From: Spirochaetia bacterium
GTDB taxonomy: Bacteria; Spirochaetota; Spirochaetia; DSM-2461
NCBI GenBank assembly: GCA_963668315.1
Contig: OY764216.1
Coordinates: forward strand, 1,248,001-1,312,000
Direction of reading: 5' to 3'
DNA length: 64,000 nucleotides
Shown: piece by piece, positions 58,531 to 64,000 of the stretch
Layout: the number at the start of each line of letters is the position of its first letter
How positions within the stretch are numbered: the first letter of the stretch is position 1
Made by a program: the position numbers and the translations under genes
The notes under the pieces: generated by a model
Told to the model about the DNA's origin: nothing
Databases searched by the model: none
What the model saw: the letters and a program-made list of their open reading frames with translations, nothing else

Positions 58531-59742
58531 ATGAAATACGATTTTACATCAATCATTGACAGGAAAGGAAAAGACGCTATCGCTGTTGATGGACTCGGAA
58601 CGAACCCCGGATTTGCCCCCTCTCTTCCCAAATCGGGTTTCGATGCTATCCCCATGTGGGTGGCCGATATGAACTTTCCCACGGTCCCGACTATTACTGA
58701 AAGCATCATCGAGAGGGTTAAGCACCCGACTTTCGGATATTTCAGCCCGAAGGATGAATATTTCTCATCCATCATCCGGTGGCAGGAAACGCAAAACGGC
58801 GTGGAAGGGCTTCTCCCCGAAAACATTAAATATGAGAACGGTGTTCTGGGAGGACTGGTTTCGGCTCTTTCGGCTTTCAGTGCTCCCGGTGATCCGGTTC
58901 TGCTTCACAGCCCGACCTATATCGGTTTTACCAAATCTATAGAGAACATCGGCAGAAAAATCATCCACAGCCCCCTCATCCAGGACGAAAAAGGTATCTG
59001 GCGAATGGATTTCGAAGACATGGAGAAGAGGCTCAAAGATCATAAGATCCATGTGGCCGTGTTCTGTTCCCCCCATAATCCCTGCGGCCGGGTATGGGAG
59101 AGGTGGGAGCTGGATAAAGCCATGGAGCTCTACAAGAAATACAACTGCATCGTGATCAGCGATGAGATCTGGTCGGATATCATTCTTGAGGGGTACAAGC
59201 ATATCCCCACCCAGACCATCAGCGACGATGCCCGCAAGAGAACCATATCCCTTTACGCCCCGAGCAAAACCTTTAATCTCGCCGGTTTGATAGGAAGCTA
59301 CAGCATCATCTATGATTCCTACCTGAAGGACCGCGTGGATGCGGAGTCATCGAAATCCCATTATAACAATATTAACGTCTTAAGCATGTATGCCCTGATT
59401 GGAGCCTACAAAGACGAGGGATACCAATGGCTGGGGGAATTAAAACAGGTTATCACCGGAAACGTGAATTATGCCTGCGATTACATAGATAAGCATTTTG
59501 AGGGCGTGGAAGTCTCCCGGCCTCAGGGGACCTATATGCTCTTCATCGATTGTGAGAAATGGTGCCGTGATCACGATATGACGATGGATCAGCTGGAACA
59601 ACTCGGATGGGATGTGGGGGTGGCCTGGCAGGACGGCCGGATGTTCCACGGCCCCTACGCCATCCGCCTGAATCTGGCCCTTCCCCTGAGCCGTGTGGAA
59701 GAAGCCATGCGCCGCCTGGACACCTACGTCTTCAACGCCTAG
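58531..59742 (+). CDS. MalY/PatB-family PLP C-S lyase
   Basis: PMWVADMNF, CSPHNPCGRVW, ISDEIW, APSKTFNLAG, QGTYMLFID. Confidence 0.92.
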   Translation: MKYDFTSIIDRKGKDAIAVDGLGTNPGFAPSLPKSGFDAIPMWVADMNFPTVPTITESIIERVKHPTFGYFSPKDEYFSSIIRWQETQNGVEGLLPENIKYENGVLGGLVSALSAFSAPGDPVLLHSPTYIGFTKSIENIGRKIIHSPLIQDEKGIWRMDFEDMEKRLKDHKIHVAVFCSPHNPCGRVWERWELDKAMELYKKYNCIVISDEIWSDIILEGYKHIPTQTISDDARKRTISLYAPSKTFNLAGLIGSYSIIYDSYLKDRVDAESSKSHYNNINVLSMYALIGAYKDEGYQWLGELKQVITGNVNYACDYIDKHFEGVEVSRPQGTYMLFIDCEKWCRDHDMTMDQLEQLGWDVGVAWQDGRMFHGPYAIRLNLALPLSRVEEAMRRLDTYVFNA

Positions 59743-59814
59743 GAATACCGATGAAAGCCCCTTCCCGTGATTTTCCGATTTCAACGGATGGGGCTTATTG
59801 AGCAGGAGGAAACG

Positions 59815-60795
59815 ATGTCTTTTATCGATATGCACTGCGATACTCTGCTGCTTCCCTTTATGAAGAAGAAGGAGGGGAGCCTGCGAGATTTTCCCGAGGC
59901 TATGGTGGATCTGAAACGTTTGTCCGGAGCCGGAGCTGTCGCGCAGTTTTTCGCGATTTTCCTTCCCGACTGGGAATTAGCGGCAGGCCGGGGATGGGAC
60001 GTCATGGAGGATGAGCCGTATATCAAGCTGCACTATGAATACTTTACGAAGGAACTTGAAGCCCATTCCGATCTCGCCCTTCCTGCGACAAACGCGGAAG
60101 AGATACGCAGCAATAGGGCGGCGGGCAAGGTTTCCGCGGTCCTTACCATGGAGGACGGCCGGGCTGTCGACGGGCGGATGGAAAATCTTGAGCGGTTCTA
60201 CGATATGGGGATCAGGGCTATAAGCCTGACCTGGAATTCGGAGAACTGTTTCGGCTATCCCAATTCGAAGGATGCGGAGGTTATGGGGAAGGGACTCAAA
60301 TCTTTCGGCAAAGAGGCGGTCCGGAGGATGCAGGAACTGGGCATTCTCGTTGATGTTTCCCATCTTTCCGACGGGGGATTCATGGATGTGGCCGACGTCT
60401 GCACCAGGCCCTTTGTCGCTACCCATTCGAACTGCAGGACCGTCTGTCCCCACACCAGGAACCTTACGGACGATATGATTAAAGTCCTTGCCGGGGCGGG
60501 CGGCGTCTCGGGATTAAACTTCGGACCGGATTTTGTCGATCCGAACAGGGATAATCCCGTCTCCTCGGCGGCTCTGCTCGCCCTTCACGCCAGGCATATG
60601 GCCGATGTGGGCGGGGTCGATGTTGTGGCCCTTGGTTCCGATTTCGACGGCGTCGGGGGAGATCTGGAGATCTCCGACTGCAGCAAGGTCGCCCTCCTGG
60701 CGGATGCCCTCGAAAGAGAGGGCTTCAGGGAATCGGAGATTGAGAAAATCTTATGGAAGAATTCCATGAGGGTTATTGAAGCCGCCATGAATTAG
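59815..60795 (+). CDS. Dipeptidase, M19 (renal dipeptidase family)
   Basis: Start MSFIDMHCDT after AGGAGG; LTWN, VDVSHLSD, ATHSN, RNLTDD, LGSDFDG. Confidence 0.92.
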   Translation: MSFIDMHCDTLLLPFMKKKEGSLRDFPEAMVDLKRLSGAGAVAQFFAIFLPDWELAAGRGWDVMEDEPYIKLHYEYFTKELEAHSDLALPATNAEEIRSNRAAGKVSAVLTMEDGRAVDGRMENLERFYDMGIRAISLTWNSENCFGYPNSKDAEVMGKGLKSFGKEAVRRMQELGILVDVSHLSDGGFMDVADVCTRPFVATHSNCRTVCPHTRNLTDDMIKVLAGAGGVSGLNFGPDFVDPNRDNPVSSAALLALHARHMADVGGVDVVALGSDFDGVGGDLEISDCSKVALLADALEREGFRESEIEKILWKNSMRVIEAAMN

Positions 60796-60867
60796 AAAGG
60801 GCGGGAAAAAAAACAGAAAAAAAGCGGGCTATATACCATAGCGCCGAAAATATTAAAGGAGAATACA

Positions 60868-61254
60868 ATGAACATTCCGGAAAATCTTAAATATACGAGA
60901 GAACATGAGTGGGTGATGGCCGAAGGGAATATCATCACCATCGGCATTACCGATTTCGCCCAGAGCGAACTGGGGGACATCGTTTACGTGGAGCTTCCCG
61001 AAGTGGACAGTGAGTTCGATGCAGAGGAATCCTTTTCCACCATCGAATCGGTTAAGGCGGCCAGCGACATTTTCATGCCCGTAGCCGGTACGGTCGTCGA
61101 AGTTAACAACGATCTGGAGGATAATTCCGCCGGCATCAACGAGGATCCCTACGGCAGCTGGATCGCCAAAGTGGAGATCAGCAGCAAAGATGACCTGGAC
61201 AATCTTCTTTCCCCCGGGGAATACCGGGAGTTCTGCGAGAAGGAACAGGGCTGA
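60868..61254 (+). CDS. gcvH: Glycine cleavage system H protein
   Basis: YTREHEW, GITDFAQSELGDIVYVELP, lipoyl-Lys ESVKAAS. Confidence 0.97.
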   Translation: MNIPENLKYTREHEWVMAEGNIITIGITDFAQSELGDIVYVELPEVDSEFDAEESFSTIESVKAASDIFMPVAGTVVEVNNDLEDNSAGINEDPYGSWIAKVEISSKDDLDNLLSPGEYREFCEKEQG

Positions 61255-62598
61255 ATGATCCATCCCTTCATACCCCATACTTCCGAAGACAGGAAGGAGA
61301 TGCTTTCCGCCGTGGGCGCCGTCTCCGTGGATGACCTGTACAGGGACGTTCCCGTACAGGCCAGGCAGAAGAAGGATTTTCTTCCCCCGGGGATTTCCGA
61401 ATGGGAAGTCTCCCGGCGGATTGAGGCCCTGGCCGGGAAAAACGGTTCCTCCCGGCTTGTCTGCTTCAGGGGAGGCGGCGTGTATGACCATTACGTCCCC
61501 GCCCTGGTGGACAGCGTCATCTCCCGTTCCGAGTTCTATACGGCCTACACCCCCTATCAGCCGGAAATCAGCCAGGGTACCCTGCAGTATATCTTTGAGT
61601 ACCAGAGCATGGTCGCCGAGCTTACCGGCATGGATACGGTCAATGCTTCTCTTTACGACGGGGCCACCGCCGCCGCAGAGGCCATGATCATGGCCATGCA
61701 TGCCGCCCGGAGGCCGAAGGTCCTCGTTTCGGAGACGGTTAACCCCGGCGTCCGGCGGGTCCTGGCCACCTATGCCCGGTTCCACGGGGTAGTGCTGGAG
61801 ACGGTCCCCATGAAGGAAGGCGTCACGGACAGGGAAGCTCTGGACGGGCTGTGCGGTAAAGAAACCGCCGCCCTCATCGTGCAGAGCCCCAACTATTTCG
61901 GCCTCATCGAGGACACCTCCATCCTGTCCGAAAGGGTCCACGGGGAGAAGGGGCTCTTCGTGCAGATCGCCGACCCCCTTTCCCTGGCCCTGCTCAAGAC
62001 GCCCGGTGAGGTGGAGGCGGATATCGCCGTGGGCGAGGCCCAGCCCCTGGGGCTCTCCCTGAACTACGGCGGCCCCTATCTGGGGTATATCGGCACTACG
62101 AAGAAGTTCATGCGAAAACTGCCCGGCCGTATCTGCGGACAGACCGTTGACCGGGACGGCAAGCGCGCATTCGTTCTGACCCTGCAGGCCCGGGAACAGC
62201 ATATCCGTCGGGAGAAAGCCACGAGCAACATCTGCTCCAACCAGAGCCTCTGCTCCCTTTCCGCCGCGGTCTACATGGCCACCATGGGAAAGGAGGGCCT
62301 CAAGGAAGCGGCGGAGCAGTCCCTGCGCAAGGCTTTTTACGTTCTGAAGGAACTGGAAAAGACGGGAAAGTGGGAAGCTGTCTACCCGGGATCCTTCTTC
62401 AGGGAATTCCTCGTGCGCCCCAAAGGGGGAGACGAATCGGCCCTGATAAATATGGACCGCAAACTGGAAGAGGCTGGTCTCCTGGGAGGCATGGCCCCCG
62501 AGGGTTTTGATCCGGCTACCCGCCTGATCAGCGTGACCGAGAAACGGAGCCGGGAAGAGATGGACCTGCTTGTGAAGATAATGGGAGAAGCCCTGTGA
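61255..62598 (+). CDS. gcvPA: Glycine dehydrogenase subunit 1
   Basis: [41 protein letters not shown]. Confidence 0.97.
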   Translation: MIHPFIPHTSEDRKEMLSAVGAVSVDDLYRDVPVQARQKKDFLPPGISEWEVSRRIEALAGKNGSSRLVCFRGGGVYDHYVPALVDSVISRSEFYTAYTPYQPEISQGTLQYIFEYQSMVAELTGMDTVNASLYDGATAAAEAMIMAMHAARRPKVLVSETVNPGVRRVLATYARFHGVVLETVPMKEGVTDREALDGLCGKETAALIVQSPNYFGLIEDTSILSERVHGEKGLFVQIADPLSLALLKTPGEVEADIAVGEAQPLGLSLNYGGPYLGYIGTTKKFMRKLPGRICGQTVDRDGKRAFVLTLQAREQHIRREKATSNICSNQSLCSLSAAVYMATMGKEGLKEAAEQSLRKAFYVLKELEKTGKWEAVYPGSFFREFLVRPKGGDESALINMDRKLEEAGLLGGMAPEGFDPATRLISVTEKRSREEMDLLVKIMGEAL

Positions 62599-64000
62599 TG
62601 AGAGAATATGACCAGTTGTTAAAGGAAATATCCCGTCCCGGAAGACGGGGCTATACCCTGCCGTCCTGCGACGTCCCCGAGGCGTCCCTTGATGAGATGC
62701 TGCCCGGGAATCTGCGCCGGGAAAAGGATGCGGAACTGCCCGAAGTGGCCGAGGTGGACATCATTCGCCACTACACCAATCTGTCCAATAAGAATTTCGG
62801 CGTGGATACGGGTTTCTATCCCCTGGGGTCCTGTACCATGAAGTACACTCCCAAGATCAACGAGGTATTGTGCCGGCTTCCCGAATTCGTCCGGCTCCAT
62901 CCGGCGGGAGATCCCCAAAGCAGCCAGGGCGCCCTGGAGCTGATACACAAGCTGGGGGAGGCCCTCTGCGGCATCACCGGGATGGATGCGGTCACCACGG
63001 CTCCCTTCGCCGGAGCCCACGGGGAACTGACCGGCCTCATGATCATCAAGGCCTACCACGAGAGCCGGAACGACCTCAGGCGTAAGAAGATCATCGTGCC
63101 CGACTCGGCCCACGGAACCAACCCTGCCAGCGCGGCCGTCTGCGGTTTCGAAGTTACGGAGATCGCCTCCACTCCCGAGGGAATGGTGGACCTGGACGCC
63201 CTTAAGGCGGCCCTGAGCGAGGAAACCGCCGGGCTCATGCTCACCAATCCCACCACCTTCGGCCTTTTCGAGGGGAATATTCTGGAAGTGGCTTCCCTTG
63301 TTCATGAAGCGGGAGGGCTCCTCTACTACGACGGGGCCAACCTGAATCCCATCCTGGGCCACTGCCGCCCCGGCGACATGGGCTTCGACGTGGTCCATAT
63401 GAACCTGCACAAGACCTTTTCCACGCCCCATGGAGGCGGCGGACCGGGAAGCGGTCCGGTGGGCGTTAAAGCCCTGCTGGAACCCTTTCTGCCCGTTCCC
63501 GTCGTTTCCCATGCGCGTGAAGGCTACGGTCTGGACTGGGACCGGCCCCTCTCCATCGGATCGGTGGGCCGCTGGTACGGGAACTTCGGCGTTCTCGTCA
63601 GGGCTTACGCCTATATCCTCATGATGGGGGCCGACGGCCTGAAGATGGCCGGGGAGACGGCGGTGCTCAACGCCAACTATATGAAGGAGAAGCTCAAAGG
63701 GGTATACAATCTGCCCATCGACAGGAGCTGCATGCACGAGTTCGTTCTGAACAGCAAGAACTTCGAAGGCATCCACACCATCGACATCGCCAAGCGTCTT
63801 CTGGACTTCGGCTATCATCCCCCCACGATCTACTTCCCCCTCACCATAGAGGAGGCGATTATGATTGAACCGACGGAGACCGAATCGCGGGAGACTCTGG
63901 ACGGCTTCATCGACGTGATGACGAGGATCGCCGAAGAGGCGAAGACCGACCCGGAGCTGCTGCACAACGCCCCTCACAATACGCTGGTCAGAAGACTGGA
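62598..64000 (+). CDS. gcvPB: Glycine dehydrogenase subunit 2, truncated by window edge (absent from ORF track)
   Basis: TGATG overlap; [61 protein letters not shown]. Confidence 0.96.
   Translation, partial: MREYDQLLKEISRPGRRGYTLPSCDVPEASLDEMLPGNLRREKDAELPEVAEVDIIRHYTNLSNKNFGVDTGFYPLGSCTMKYTPKINEVLCRLPEFVRLHPAGDPQSSQGALELIHKLGEALCGITGMDAVTTAPFAGAHGELTGLMIIKAYHESRNDLRRKKIIVPDSAHGTNPASAAVCGFEVTEIASTPEGMVDLDALKAALSEETAGLMLTNPTTFGLFEGNILEVASLVHEAGGLLYYDGANLNPILGHCRPGDMGFDVVHMNLHKTFSTPHGGGGPGSGPVGVKALLEPFLPVPVVSHAREGYGLDWDRPLSIGSVGRWYGNFGVLVRAYAYILMMGADGLKMAGETAVLNANYMKEKLKGVYNLPIDRSCMHEFVLNSKNFEGIHTIDIAKRLLDFGYHPPTIYFPLTIEEAIMIEPTETESRETLDGFIDVMTRIAEEAKTDPELLHNAPHNTLVRRL

Noticed and set aside
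252..63977. Many long antisense or alternate-frame ORFs (e.g. 252-1622, 12524-13561, 37570-38664, 54150-55115, 60853-62202, 62619-63977)
   Set aside because: Shadow frames of well-supported GC-rich genes; no motifs or RBS
1..64000. tRNA, rRNA, riboswitch, CRISPR, prophage or defence systems
   Set aside because: None recognisable; nearly all sequence is explained by metabolic, transport and regulatory genes

Overview
Bacterial chromosomal window, probably from a free-living anaerobic spirochaete (inferred from the 'LFANGxxE'-type binding-protein leader and gene content). It is mostly accessory catabolic modules. (1) 1-8.3 kb: Lpl-type carbohydrate ABC, membrane-anchored AraC regulator, BNR/Asp-box hydrolase and GH106-like glycosidase. 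(2) A TetR plus acyltransferase-3 pair with a shared palindromic operator. (3) potABCD. (4) An orphan solute-binding protein and a 7TM diguanylate cyclase. (5) 17.6-33.8 kb: a glycoside/sulfate-ester locus with three GH3s, GH43, a GtrA-like protein, a Cys-type sulfatase, a LytTR two-component system and an anSME maturase. Its first GH3 is split by an intact IS256 with a 9-bp target duplication. (6) A glutathione peroxidase whose stop codon, along with that of the convergent GH3, appears lost through one extra base. (7) citCDEFGX and tctCBA flanking a beta-propeller/Y_Y_Y sensor kinase and NarL-type regulator instead of CitAB; both promoters carry the same three-part motif. (8) A sigma54/GntR operon with an atypical creatininase, a Dpp-type ABC, a Nit1-like amidase and an RraA-like aldolase, followed by an MFS, a peroxiredoxin-like protein, PatB C-S lyase, M19 dipeptidase and gcvH-gcvPA-gcvPB. 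No rRNA, tRNA or CRISPR array was seen. The best candidates for undescribed biology are the non-CitAB citrate regulon and the amide/glutathione-type catabolic region at 48-64 kb.
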